Shown here one piece after another: positions 21,735 to 35,090 of a stretch of 64,000 bases of DNA (positions within the stretch are counted from its first letter, which is position 1; each line of letters starts with the position of its first letter). The stretch lies in NCBI GenBank assembly GCA_010093815.1, contig ML996582.1. One strand, written 5' to 3'. Under the pieces are notes generated by a model. That model saw nothing but the letters and a program-made list of their open reading frames with translations. It ran no database searches and was not told where the DNA came from. Source of the DNA: Pseudovirgaria hyperparasitica (Eukaryota). The position numbers and the translations under genes were made by a program.

Positions 21735-24700
21735 GGCGTATGGAAGGCGTGTGAATGGCGTGAAGATTGGTGGTGGTGATGAGTAAAGCGAGAATTGGCG
21801 TGGTTCGGTAGAGGATATATGTATATCAGACTTGACACCCAACTAGCAGTGATATGTTGCGTGGTGGTCCGTGTGAGGATGATGGTGTGCAGGGGGGTTC
21901 CGAAGGGGGTAAGAGAGCTAAGACGAAGGATCCCTGTCGATGCACGGCAGAGGGGCCCACTCAGAAGCAGGCGCAAGGATGATGGAGTCTGGTGAGGCAG
22001 CTGGCGTCCTGGGGGGGGGCTGTCCGGTGCTGGTCCTTGATGTCGGAAGAAAGGGTATTTTTTGGGAAAGTTGCTGTCAGCTGAGCCGTGTGTCTGTTGC
22101 TTGAAGTCGGGACTGCGGGCGTTCGAGAATGTAGCGATGACAACTGCCAAGATCCGACCAGCGGAGAGAGAGAGAACCGTGCGAATAAAAAAAGGGTTGA
22201 GTAGGAGCGAAAGAATGCCCAAGGCGTTCCAGATGAAGCACTGCCGTCACTGGTCTCGTTGGTAGTGGGAAGTGGTGTTGCGAGGTTGAATTCGCCGAGG
22301 ACTGCGCCTTGACGAAGGAAGACTGGCTGGTCGGTTGAGAGAGGCTGGCTGTTCTACGGGCGCACCGGGCTGGCCGAGAACAAGAGGGTAATGGTGGCTG
22401 AATAGAAGACGAAGAAGACGAAAAGAAGAAGAAGAAATAGAATAAGATGGGAGAAGAAAAGGTGAAGTGGAGAGAGAGGTTTGAATGTGAAGATGTCGGA
22501 ATAATGCTCCAGCAGCAGCGGAGAGCAACGATACTTATTATTGTTCACAGCCGTTGTTTTCGGTTGCTTGCTTAAGTTGCTTGGCCTGGCGGTTGCAGGT
22601 AGCAGTGGGCGGTAACAAGAGGAACTGCAGCGCTCTCTCTCTCTCTCTCTTGTCGCTTGTAGAGGCGGTACGAGAGGGCGAAGGTGGGGGGGCGTCTTTG
22701 GTTGGTGGTGGTGTGTGGGTAACTTGCCAGGTTTTGAGCCAATGACGACTGCTGATCAAGCTGTTTTGTCTGGCGCGCGAGAGCCTCGTCGTCGTTTATA
22801 GGCTGAGAGACCGTCAACCACACTTGATGGTCGTCAAGAGGCGTGTTTCAAGCTCTCGGTGGCCTGCTGCCAACTGCACTCGCTGTTCGTGCTTCGTAGG
22901 CCGTCGTCGTCTGTCTGTCTGCTCCGCTTGACCACTCTCGAGCCTGGTGCAATGATCCACAGGCACTACGTTTCCTCGTGCGAGGGGGTCGGTGTTTCGT
23001 CTGTTTGTGGCTTATCTGTTTGAGAGCCAATACTGCAGGCGACGCTGTCCTGCGATGAGGGCTAGTTGCGCAGTGAGAAACGTTTGAGTCACAGGATTCT
23101 GTGTAAGGATGCCGATGTTGGATGTTGGATGCTGGATGCTGGATTCTGGATTCTGGATGCCAAATGCTGGGCAATGATTCAAGTCTGCTTGCTATATACT
23201 GGCTGTCGTGACAGAATCGAGTGGCGGGACCGCTGGGTTGGGTGCAAAAATGCGTAATTATGGAGTTGGGTACCACTAATTTACTTGCTGAACAGTATCA
23301 GAATGAGGCTGGGACATTATTCTTTGTATGCGTTGGCAGCGCTGTGATGCTGGCTGTCGTAAACAATAGGATAATAGGACAATAAGCGTTGCTTGCTTGC
23401 TGAATAGCAGCAACTCACCACCTAACCACGCCTAGATAGCCCCAGGTAAGCCCAGGTGTCTGAATAGCCCCGCCCAATCAATGGCTTGCGACATTCACTA
23501 TAATGTCGGAGTCATTCATGCGGAACTTCGACTTGACGAGTTCGTAAGCCCTCGATAGTTTAGGTACAGAGAGGTTTGGTGATTGATTGCCACGAGCCCC
23601 CAGCCACGGGGGTTGCGTGTTCGCCTTCAACAGCCCCGGATTTCGTGCAGAAGGTGGATTACCACCCAGTGCCGGCGAAGATTGCGTTGGCGAGACCCAG
23701 ACCGATGCATGACCTCGACTCCAGACATTAGTATCAGGATCCGGCATGATTGCAAGTCTGGAACAGGTAAAGGATAAGCAAGATTTGGACTGGTTGACGC
23801 GTCGTGCCAGGAAGTTGATAGCTGGAAGCTTCGTGCAATTCCAACCATCTACACGCGCCACTCGTGGCTGAAAGATCTGCCGAGTGCCGAGCGCCAATCA
23901 TATAGCCAGGAGCACAACCAGTGCCGAACTTTTTCCCCACCAGCCACGCGAACGGAAGGCGCAGGGCAGTCGTGTGAATGGCGAACCGCTATTCTTTTTG
24001 CTCCACTTGACTTTGCGCCCCCCCGCCTTCATTCTCACCATCATCCCGACTCACCATCAACCCATACCATCACCACTGATACAATACTACCTTATTATCA
24101 TCATCATCATCATCATCATCCCTTGCTATTCGTCACGCGCACTTCACGCCATCTATGATCTACGATGCCCACCGCAGCAAGCATCTGCACTGTCTGCATC
24201 AGCAATCATGCATCAAATGATCATGCTCTCAGCTGCCCCAACCACGAGCACCACATTTTCGCATCTGGTTTCTCCACCCAAGCAACTTGGTTGGCGATCT
24301 GGCCCATCACTCATCATGGAATCAATCAATAGTGTCGAAACTTATCGACTGCCTCTCGACTGTCTGGCCTTCTGCAAACCTTACACACAATGCCATCTTC
24401 AAGCGCTGCACAGCCACCATCTATCTCCTTTGCATCTCGTCAGACTATTGATGAACGACTGTTCGAGACACGCCAAGATGTCGTGACTACGCGTCTATGC
24501 ATCCTCCTTATTTGCACACAAGAGCCGAAACCTATCTTGCATCGCTCTCACCTTCACACTACGCCTCAGGTTATTTTGAGAGACTCGAGAGGGCGCTCAA
24601 TGTCGCACTGTGCCACGCGCCTCGCGAGCGCTTAGCCGTCCGCCGTTCGGGCGGCTGCACGCCCTACTAGAGGCCAGTCGAGTGGCCTCTACCCAAGTAA

Positions 24701-26723
24701 GAGCCAACAGAGCCTCAACTTTCTGACAGGCGTCTCGCTGCACTGCTTATTTTAGCCCTGTCTAGTGTTTGGTCTTCCAGAATCCAGTTATGCTAATCTT
24801 CTTTGACTACAGATCGCCTGCAACGATCCTAATTCCTTACCTCTCCTCAGACACTTTTCGCTTGTTGCTTCCCGAAAAAGCCCTGAGATCGATCAAGTAG
24901 CCCAAAACAGCTATTACCGTTGGCTCCAAACACCCATTTCTGGCATTCCTGAGGCCTCGAGATGCCATTCTACATGACACCTTGCAAGCCGCAAGGACAC
25001 GGGGCTTTGTCGCAACTCTGTAAAAGAGAGCTGCTGAAGGATCTCCTTCGGTCCGTGTGACTATCTGTAGCCATGCACTCCGTGATGTGATCCATATCCT
25101 CTCTTTTGCGTTTAGCTCAATTGCTAAGTCGTCCGTCCAAGAGGCATTATTTTGTTTGCCGCGTCTTGTCTCTGATCGGTGTCGCTAAGACCGAGCGAGC
25201 ATCAGCAGCCTCGCGCGGGTCAGGCCGCTGTAAGACCAGCCCTACGGAAGCGCCCGAGCGATCCTTCGCCCCTCCTCCAACAAGACCAGGATTCATCTAT
25301 GCGACTGGCGATTTTCAGATCGAGAACTCTTCTTTCAGCATTATCGATTCTGTAGACTTTGCAAATCAACACGTTCAGCAGTTTGATCCCACGCCTCATA
25401 TGCACTACTACAAAGCCAATACTGCAACACAAGGCAGTGGACATATATTTGCAACTACCGTCGGCAAGCGGCCAGAACTAGAAGAATAAAATCCTAGCAT
25501 CACCAGTGACCTACGTTCTATATGGAGTAACACGGAGTTGTGCTAGGATCATGGATCTGAGACGAAGATCTACTTTTGTAGAAAGCCAAGACGCGTTCCA
25601 GCGACCAGTATACAGGTAGTTGTCATACCCCAAATGACGTCTATGCCGCAATCGGTCCCGCTTCCAGACCCGCATGCAGGTCCCGCGTCCGTGTTTTCTG
25701 TATGTGCTCTCTGGTTCCTATTTGAGACTCTTGAAAGTCGTGCGATAGGTCGCCAGAAGGATTGCAAGACCACATACCACAGGCCATCTGCTGTACAAGA
25801 ATTCGCTCAACTAAAAATTATTAGTGAGGTGTCGCGCATCGATTGCGCCAATTGAGCCGGACTTGTCCCTACAGAGACCACTAGCTGCTTCACGCAATCC
25901 TTCAGGCCCGGCAAACGTCAACTGGTGACAACACCACCCAATATTATTTCGTTGAATGTGGCCTTTCGGATCTCGACATGATCTTTTTTTCCCTCTTTGC
26001 ATTCGACTGCTCAGCATGTAGGAAGGGAGGAGGTTCTTGCTGCATTGCCCAGCCGCAGATACTCGGACGACCTGTACTGTACCTCATCAATTAACGAAAG
26101 GGCGGTCCTTGGCTACCCAGCGCATGAATATTGGCTCGCATAGATCCCATCCACAGGGCGTCATCAATATCGCCTGCCTGACACACACACACACACCTCG
26201 TGCCTACCACTTTGGGATAATACACACTACCTACATACCGAGGTAACTAGGCATCTTACATGCTGTTTGTATGAGGTGAGCCGGTGGCTTTAATTTTCTT
26301 CTTTCTAATGTCGCCGTGGCGGTGCCAGGCAAGCAGGCAGGTAGGCAGGCCTCTCTCTATTTGTCATTCATTCATCCATTCAGGATTTCGTTCACCAAGG
26401 CTGCTAACTAACATAGCATGTACCTGCATGAACCAATACTATTATTATTATTAGTCTGCATGGGTTTAATTGGGTGAATCTCTGGATGGTCAGGCCATCA
26501 TTTTTCGCATCCCGCCCTCTCCATCCATCCATGGCACCCGTGACAACCATGCATGCGCACGCACGCAAGCACGCAAGCAAAGCGATGGAATAGTTATTTC
26601 ATCATGTTCTCCGTCCGTGAATGCGGCGCGCAATCATGATAGTGATAATGATAATGATAACGATAATGACGTGACGATATCATCTATTTCTAGAACGCTA
26701 TTAGACCATAGGGGGTATCGAGC

Positions 26724-26772
26724 TACAACGACAACAACGACAACAACAACAACAACAACAACTACAACAACT
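26724..26772. repeat. (ACA)n microsatellite, next to an (ATAATG)-type repeat at ~26635-26669
   Basis: acaacgacaacaacgacaacaacaacaacaacaacaactacaaca. Confidence 0.9.
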
Positions 26773-26837
26773 AATCCCTGCAGAACAAACAAACACCACA
26801 CCCGCCATCACCGCCACCACAACTACCCTCATGTCTT

Positions 26838-29178
26838 CTAAGGCAACAACTTCGACGCCAACCCCTCCCGGCCTCTATACGGACCCAACGCAATCGGGAT
26901 CCTCCCCGAATACCCAAAATCGCCCTGCGCATCCTGCAACGCAGCCGCGACTTTGCCCGTCATGCGCGCGATCCAGCGATCGTTAACAAGACCGCCAACG
27001 AGCGCCTTCTTCATCCCGTCCTTTGTGCTCTGGTGAAGGTCGCGCGCAAATTCCTTCATTTGCGCCTTTGTCGTGCCGTCAGAGAGGTTTTGCCGGATGT
27101 GCTTGGCGAAGACCTTGAAGCCGGCGGCGTCGCGGACGCGCATGCGTTCTGAAGGGGTGATGGAGGATATGCTCTCTGTGTCGCTCGTGGTGGTGTCTAT
27201 GGGGAGGGATGATGATGGCGGGGAGATGACGGGCGAGGAGGAGTTGTTATCATCGTTGTCGGCCGTCGCCTCGTCCAAGTCCTTTTCGAACTCGATGATC
27301 TTGGTCGACTTGACGAGTGCGGCAGTGAAGTTGAGCAGGCTCTGGTCGAAGCTGGCTGGCAGGCTGCCGTGCACGCTCATGACGATTTCCGTCTCGTCTC
27401 TTTGCAACTTGGCCAGGGCGGCCTCGTGCTGTTTCGCCTTGGGCGTTGTGCCCTCTTCGTGCTGGATTGCGGACTCGAGGGCTTCTTCGTCGGCGGGGGT
27501 GGGTGCGGGGGGGATGATGTGTTCGTGGTGCGGGAGGAGGAAGGACGGAATGGTGAAGGAAGCGTCTGCGCCGCCGAGACGGACGACTTGGGAGATGGTA
27601 CTGGAGTGCGGGATGATGCGGTAGGCGATGACTTCGTCGAATTTGAGGAAGGCGGTGATGGTGGAGAGGGTGCTTAGGGGGACGGTGGCGACGCCTTTGA
27701 TGTCGAGGAGTTGCACGCAGAAGTTTGCGTCGGCGGTCCAGGAGGCGACTTTGCGTTGGAGACGGCGTAGCTCGGCGTTGTTTTCGGTGTAGCGTTTGAA
27801 GACTTGCTTTTGGAGCATTGAGGAGAGCCATTTCCCGGAGCCGGCGGCGTTGATGCTGCTGATGCGAATGGGGTGGAAGTAGCTTAGAGGGGCGAGGAGG
27901 AGCCGGAGCAGGAATGGCAGGCGGTGCATGAACTCTCGCGTGCGTGGTGAGGAGAGGTTCTGGAGAGTGGTGACGCGGACGGATCTAGATGGAGGGTGAG
28001 GAACTGAAGGCAAGTCGTGCAACTCAGCGCTGGCAGCGGCGCGCATCTCATTCTCGTCGTCGATCCGGACACCGCGCTCCTGTTTCGCTTTGTGCCTGGC
28101 CTGCTGTCGTGATTGGTATATAGCACTCGTCGTCCGGATCTCCGTCAAGCGTTCCTGATACTGCGTGTCGGCGACCTGGTCGTCTGGACTCAGAGTCGTC
28201 ACCATGTCCAGTCCAGCCTGCCAACCGTCACGATCCACCCCAGAAGAGTCTGACAGTCTACGTACCTGCGCTGACGAATCCGCCAACCAGCTAACCCCCG
28301 TGAGCGTCTCGCGCAGTTTGGGTCTGTCCGTGTACTTTTTGCCGCCGATATTGGCGGCGCGAAGCAGCGGTGTGTTGTCGAGGAACACGCTGATCTCGGA
28401 TGCCGCATCGTCTTGTACATCGTCCATCTCGGCGAAGGTCATCTCGAATTTGCCGCCCTTGATGTTGGCGTATACATCGCCGATCTCGATGGCTCGGAAG
28501 AAGCGCACTACGACTTCGTCGACGTATATTGCCAGCTCGATGTCGTCCGTCAGCTTGAGTCCTGCGACGTGATATCAGTAGCTTGTTCCGATAATCTAGT
28601 GTCTAATTACCAAGTTCAATGCCATGAGCAACAAGCGTAAGGCCAGAGCAGGAGAACGTCGCGCCCCTGATGACCATCAACCCATCCACATCCGTATCAA
28701 TCTCGAGCGCAGGAAGATTAAACAGCGCAAGCTGATCCCTCACAAACGACGGATGCTGGCCCAGCGTCTTCCGCAGAACCCTCCTTGCCAGCCGTGCCGC
28801 TATCCGGAATTGAAACAGGCACGTGAGCAGGATGGACGGATAGCACGCGAGTGCAAACCCGGCGTACAGCAGCCACGACGTCGAGCAGATGGCATACACC
28901 AAGTTGAACGTGGCGAGGAACGTCCACAGCGGTATCGAGGGCAACACGCGGTTATCGCGGCCGTGTCCGTACACGACGATCAGGCTCTCGATTGCGGCTC
29001 CGGAGAGTGCCCATCGCCGTGCCCAGGATAGGGTTGCGACGAGGAGGACGAGGATCGAGGTCGCGAGGTATGGCCATGTTAATCCGGGTTTCGACGATGC
29101 ATCGCGTGGTGGGTGTGAAGTGCAGTCTTGGTGTGGCGGCACGGGCTTCCTTGGTATCTTTGTTGCGTTGGATGCCAT
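26838..29178 (-). CDS. Uncharacterised membrane-anchored protein, 763 aa; exons 29178-28611 and 28561-26838
   Basis: A 49-nt intron (GTAATT...CTGAT...CAG, 28610-28562) joins ...VAHGIEL|GLKLTDDIELAIYVDEVVV to the 556-aa ORF. N-terminal hydrophobic helices; coding-type codon bias. Confidence 0.82.
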
Positions 29179-30605
29179 GATCGAACATTAAGACCAGATT
29201 TGAAATAAATGGTGTTTGTTTGTTTTGGCTGCGCTTTCATGATCATAAGACAGGCATGATTCTTGTGATGGTAGTAGAGGTGAATAAGTAAGGATCCGGG
29301 GGTTTTCAGATTGGGCGGAGGTACAGAGTTGCTGTGCCTGGCTTTGGTGTTGCACAAGGCTTGAGAGGCAGGTTCAGGGTAAATGGATGGATGGATGGAA
29401 GTGAAAGCGTGGCATGCGGTGTCTAATTATGATGTCAGTGGTCGTCGCCTGCAGCCAGGGAGGCGTTTGGTGGGGTGAAACCGTGAAAGCGACCACCGAC
29501 GCGCGCCGTTTTCTGCATGGAGGGAGAGAACGAGTGGAGATATTGACTCGCGAGTAGGTGGCCTCCATCTACAATTCACATGGTTCTTTGGTGATGGATA
29601 GCCTGAAGTCCTGGATATTCACGAAGATCTGCTGCGTGGATAGTCAAGAAGAATAGCTGACACACGGGGCTCAGTCGCTTAGTGAGATTATCAAGAGACG
29701 CGATCAACCTTTTAATTGTTGGATGTGACAGTGAACTGATGCGAAATATCGACACTTGGTTTCGAAGGTCGAATCTTGACATGAGCTTGGTCTGGCCGAG
29801 TATTCTATACATTACGCGCGAATGCAGTGATGGACTACATGAACAGAACATGGCCATTTGGCATCTCGTTCATTGAAGTGTCAGAACGAGAGTCCCGAAT
29901 TTCCTTGATGCGGACAATGAAATCAATATGTAATTCCTGAAAGAGGGTGCTTGTTACTGTTGATAATCTGTTCACTTTTTATATTATGCCATTAGTAGGT
30001 GCAAAACACTAGACCTAGGTTGTATGTTGATGACGGACATGGCTCTTTCTCATTTACCAAACAGAATCGCACAGTCATTTCCACGAATTACGAACAAGAT
30101 GGCTGTCAGTGGCCCAATCTGTTTACTTCTGCTACATTCTTCCCCAAACCTTTGGAAGGCGTGGAGTGGGTAAGAAGGGGCTGATCGAAGATGAAATAGG
30201 CAATGACTTATCCAGACTGATTGATTATTATCTGTCCTTGCATAGCTTAGCTCTTGGGCTTCCTCCTTGATCATCTTACACGATCAAATTAGTATCTCTA
30301 CATATCCATAGTCAACGGTTACCTTCGTTATTTCTCCCTCCGCTTTGAGCGCCCACACCCTCGTTCCATTATGAGACGTCCAACCACATTGGCATCTGTG
30401 TAAGCCAAACCCGGTTCGAGGACAGAATATGCGCTGACTAAGTACTATAACAGCAGAAGTCTGTATATACTACCTTTGTGCCAATCTCCGACCACTCTAG
30501 ACAAACGTTTTGTCTTATAGCTATTCGCATTACACGCCATCGACCGATTCAATCAACATCTACAATCCATGTTCCATCAACGTAACTAACAATATCACCT
30601 TCTAG

Positions 30606-33600
30606 ACCGCTACAAGCTCTCGCATGAGTTCACCACGGCAGTGTATGAGGTTCAGAGCGACTGCGATCCAGACAGCATTGGAGATGATCTCCGGAGATGG
30701 AGCAGTGATATGGTTCTCTATGTTCGGCCGCACACGGGCATTGATCCCCTAAATGGTCGATTAAAATGCTCCGTTGGCTTCCTGGATGAAGCGGATGCCA
30801 TTGAAGCAAACGGACAGACTGACGTAGGTATCATGAAACACTTCATCATCACGTCAAAGACCACCGAACAGCTTCACGAATTCTTGCAGCGCACGAAAAT
30901 AGTAGGCATGAAGCCTTGGCGGAACCAAGGAAGCCTTGCCTTCATCAGGATGCCTGATTCGGATGCCTCTCCTCCAGGAAGCCCACGCTGTATCGGTCTA
31001 CCCTCGAGGAAGATGACAAGGATGTCACTAGAGCTCAGCGTAATTTTGGAAAAGTTTCCACCACAATGGCCTCCGTGCCGGTTCTATAAACCAGAGCCCC
31101 TGCAGCCCCTGCTCGTGTTCCATTCTTTTCATGTGCTTCGCCAACTGAACGAAAGGTTTTCGGATCTAGGGTCCCGCCTTCAGAGACTAGGTGTAAGAGA
31201 GCGAAGATATATCAAGGAAACAGACTCTCACCGGGTCTGCGAAATTGGTTTCCGTCACTTTAGCGAAGCCAGCACTGCCTATCGATGCATCTATGGCGAG
31301 AAACCGCCGGAAGGTGCCATTGTACGCCACAATATCACAGTGGAGGATCGAACCGTGACACTCCACGATCTTCCACTTTGGGCAAATCCTTTCATTATTG
31401 CAAGACTTATTGTACTGCACGGGTATGAGATTCCTTCCATAACCGCCTACAACGTAGCCTGGGGTCGGTGTGATGTCGTAATGGCCGATCACGCAAGCGC
31501 TATTCATGCTATTAATTCGCTAAGATTGCGATTGATGGGCAAAGATGTAGAGGTTACGGCCTTTTGTCCCGGAACTGGGAATACTCCAGTGACGAACCTC
31601 GAGCCAGGGGCGGAAGAGGAACCCTCATCATCTGACTTCGATGATGACTCTATTCTGTCGACACATTCTCAGTCAACGATAAGCGAGCAATCATCAGAAG
31701 ATGTATACAGCGACAAAGATACTGCCACCGCAAAGTCTGAGCTATCACAAGATCGACTCGTGGCGTGGCAAAGTCGAGTAAAGATTGCAGAGGCCATGCG
31801 GAGAAAGACCGAGTGTGAGCTCAAGGAAGCGAGGGCTGCACATTCCGACGCACAAGCAGCATGGGAAGCGCAACGCCAAAGCCTGAATTGTGACATCAAT
31901 AAGCTCAAAAAAATGGAGGAAGTACGCGTTCAGCTTGCGTTGAATCTGGAGAAGAGGATGGAAGAGGAGATTAGTGATAGAGGGGCCGAAAGGGCGGACT
32001 TTGAGTCAAAACTCATAACATTAAAGCATGAAAATGACGATTTGGCCGTCGAGAAAGACAAGGCCGTATATTCCTTGGCCGAACGGAAGAAGGAGTTTGC
32101 CAGATCTATGCACGACATGAATCTTGAGAAAGGAAGACGTCGAGAGCAGGAGAAGAAGCTACGGGAGGATGTCGACCGGCTTGAAAAGGCGCTTCTCGAG
32201 GCTGAGTCTGGACAAAGGAAACTCCAATCAGAACGGAATGGCCTGACAAAACAGAATCAGTCCTTGACGAGCAAGAACAAGTCGTTGGAAAAGGCACAAA
32301 AGAATTCCCGTACCGAGAAAGATTCGCTGGTTTCCAAGGTGAAAGGCATGCAGGCGACCATCGAGAAGATGCAAAAAGCTGCAAATGAGGCGAAGAGAAC
32401 TTCTGACGTCGAGCAAAAGAAGAGTTTAGACGCTCTTGAGGAACTTCGCAAGATTGCAGACAAAGCAACACAGCCTTCCGAAATCGATCAAAAGAACCTG
32501 GATACCATTGAGGAGTTACGCAAAGAGCTACACCAAGCGAAGACATTCTCAGACCATATCAATCAGGAAAACCTTCGAGTCAACAAGGATATTTGGAAGG
32601 AACTACAACAGAAGAGGGAGTCCTATAAAGACGACCAAGCGACTATCATGCAGCTTACCATAGACTTGAGCCAAGCGAAATATTCTCTTGATGCTCAGAA
32701 CAAAGCATGGGAGGAAAAACATAAACGAGATGAGGAGGATATCAGGCGCCTTGTGCGAGAGCACCAAGATTATCGGGACATGCATGCCGCGGAGAAGCTT
32801 GCCATGTCATTGGAACTCGAGACTGCACAACGTACCATTAAAGACAACCACACTCGATATCAATCACAAAGTAGCGTGTGGCAAGCAAACGAACGGCAGC
32901 ATATCAAGGAAATCGCCGATGCCGTAGCTGCAAAGAAGCACATAGCTGAAGAAGTCACTGAGCTGAAAAGCGAGATACATCGACTACAGCGGGACAGGAA
33001 AAGTCGTGCCAATACCACCCGTGATGAGAGTGAGCAGATCAATGATCAAGTCACCGAATTGCAAAACGACTACGACAAGTCTCTTGCTGAGCAACTCAAG
33101 AGGGAGAAAGAGACCACGAAACATCTCTCTGCGACGTGCGAGACTCAGCAGGCAGAACTACTAAGACTCCGGGAGCAGCTACCGCGACAGCCACTGTCTG
33201 AGTCAGAACGAGATGTAAATCTTCTGCAATCACCAATAAGCTCGCTGCCAAAGCCACTTGGTAGTTACTTGAGCTCTGATAATGTATATGGTATCCAGCG
33301 CGGACTCGAATCTGGTGACAGACGTGCATCCTCAATCGGAGAAACATCGAACCAGCTTCACTCCAACGATATCGATGAGCTATACGTCAACTTGGAAATC
33401 ATCGCAGAGCCGATCATCCGAGCGCGCGAAAACCTCGACGCAGCTCTGGCCAAATACCCCCTGGAAACCTTCCAAACCTGCACGGTGTCTCTGGAAAAGA
33501 GGCTGGAAGATCTGGAACGCAAACACGAACACGACATGTCCGTTCATCACACGAGGTCCAAGCGTATCCAAGAACACATTCGAGACGGAAGAGAATTCAT

Positions 33601-34018
33601 AATCGCCGCGCTCCGACGTCAAGTCACCGAGCGCGACGCAAGGCTTGCGACACGCACCGGGCAGCAAGAAACACCCGTCATCGAATACGCTCCGTCGGCC
33701 TCAGCCTCAGGCCCAGCTCCAGCCTCGAACGCAATCCCCGAGCTCCGCATTGATCTCCATCGTCCTGAGCACGGCGCGAGGGTGGTGGGCCCGCATCAGG
33801 TCCTCCTAAGCTTCTATCAACCACAGACCGGTGACGCCGTGCGCCCAAGGCCATTTCAACTCGCTATCATTGAGCAGCCTATGTTACCAGTCTTGCCTGC
33901 TGATGAGAGAGGTGTTATTCAGGAGTTGCCACCGTCGGAAAATGGGTCTGCAACGCAGCCTAGGACGAATAGTTATCTCTGGCAGCATACGCAGCGTGCG
34001 GATGGGGCTTTGGAGTGA
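30606..34018 (+). CDS. Large protein with degenerate RRM-like domain(s) and a long coiled coil; 5' exons unresolved
   Basis: 1125-aa ORF preceded by branch CTAAC (~30586) and acceptor TAG (30603-30605). RRM-like segment RTVTLHDLP...GRCDVVMADHASAIHAINSL...MGKDVEV, then ~480 aa of E/K/Q-rich heptads. Further splice signals at ~30170 and 30400-30456 suggest upstream exons. Confidence 0.75.
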
Positions 34019-35090
34019 GAGCTGGGATGTAGTGGTTGGTAGCTGGGCTAAGGGACAATGGGAAAAGGAGAAAGAAGGGAGAATTTGGGAATAGAGGGGG
34101 AAGTCCTTGTCTGTTTGTACAACTGTCTTTTACATCTTGTTTGTCGTGTATTACTCTTGCTTGGATTGAGGTTATCATTCTCTGGTTGTTTACAGTGGTG
34201 TATGATGGTGGGTGTTGGGTGTATGTGTAGTTTAGACGAGACTTGGATTTTGTCAAAAGCCAAAGTCATAGTTCATCGCTACTAGTACAGCTTTTTTTGG
34301 TCTTGAGTCCATGTTCTAGGTCGTTACTGCGCATGTCCTCGTGTGCCTGTCGTTGTAATGTATAGGTAAGTCTCTTGTGAGATACATATATACATACACA
34401 CACACGCACAAACACACACATAGCATAGACGTAATCACAGCGGATGCAAAGAAGACATATCCTTCCACGAAATCACCCCAATGACCCCTTATATATCTAT
34501 CAACGTCCTTGAATCCGACGATATATACAACAGCCCTAATCACCACTAGCCCTCGCACTCGCCGCCGGCCGGCGACGGTCACATGTCAAATGTCACATGG
34601 ACCATCAAGATATATAATATATATGCAACACATATATACGTATAGATATACTATAGAATACGTACTTGATTATATACGGAGGGGAACTTATCCTAGAGGT
34701 AACTTAGCCTTATGCTTTCTCATCGTCTGATTAATCAGTTCACTATTCGGGCATTTGCGCGGGTGGTTATTAGCTTCGATTGGATAAATGAATTGTGCTG
34801 TCGTCACGTGTGATATGGCGGGACGCAGGGGTGGAAAGCCTTTTGATGGAGGCGGATGGGTCTGGGAGTATATCCACATGGCATGGCATTGGCAGTGGCA
34901 GTGGGATTGACCGAAATCTGGAATGTATGGCATGGCACGCACATAAAACAACGAACAGGATTCGAAAGGGATAAAAAGGTGGGCAAAATATGTATGTTTG
35001 CCTAAAATCAAAGTTATACAAAAGACACCAGGTCGAAAGATGGAGAGAAAGCTCCGATACTACGAAAACAAAAGACGCAATGCTCAAGCC

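Noticed and set aside
19070..22163. Exact 14-mer AGATCCGACCAGCG shared by 19070 and 22150
   Set aside because: Several 14-nt matches are expected by chance in a 64-kb self-comparison.
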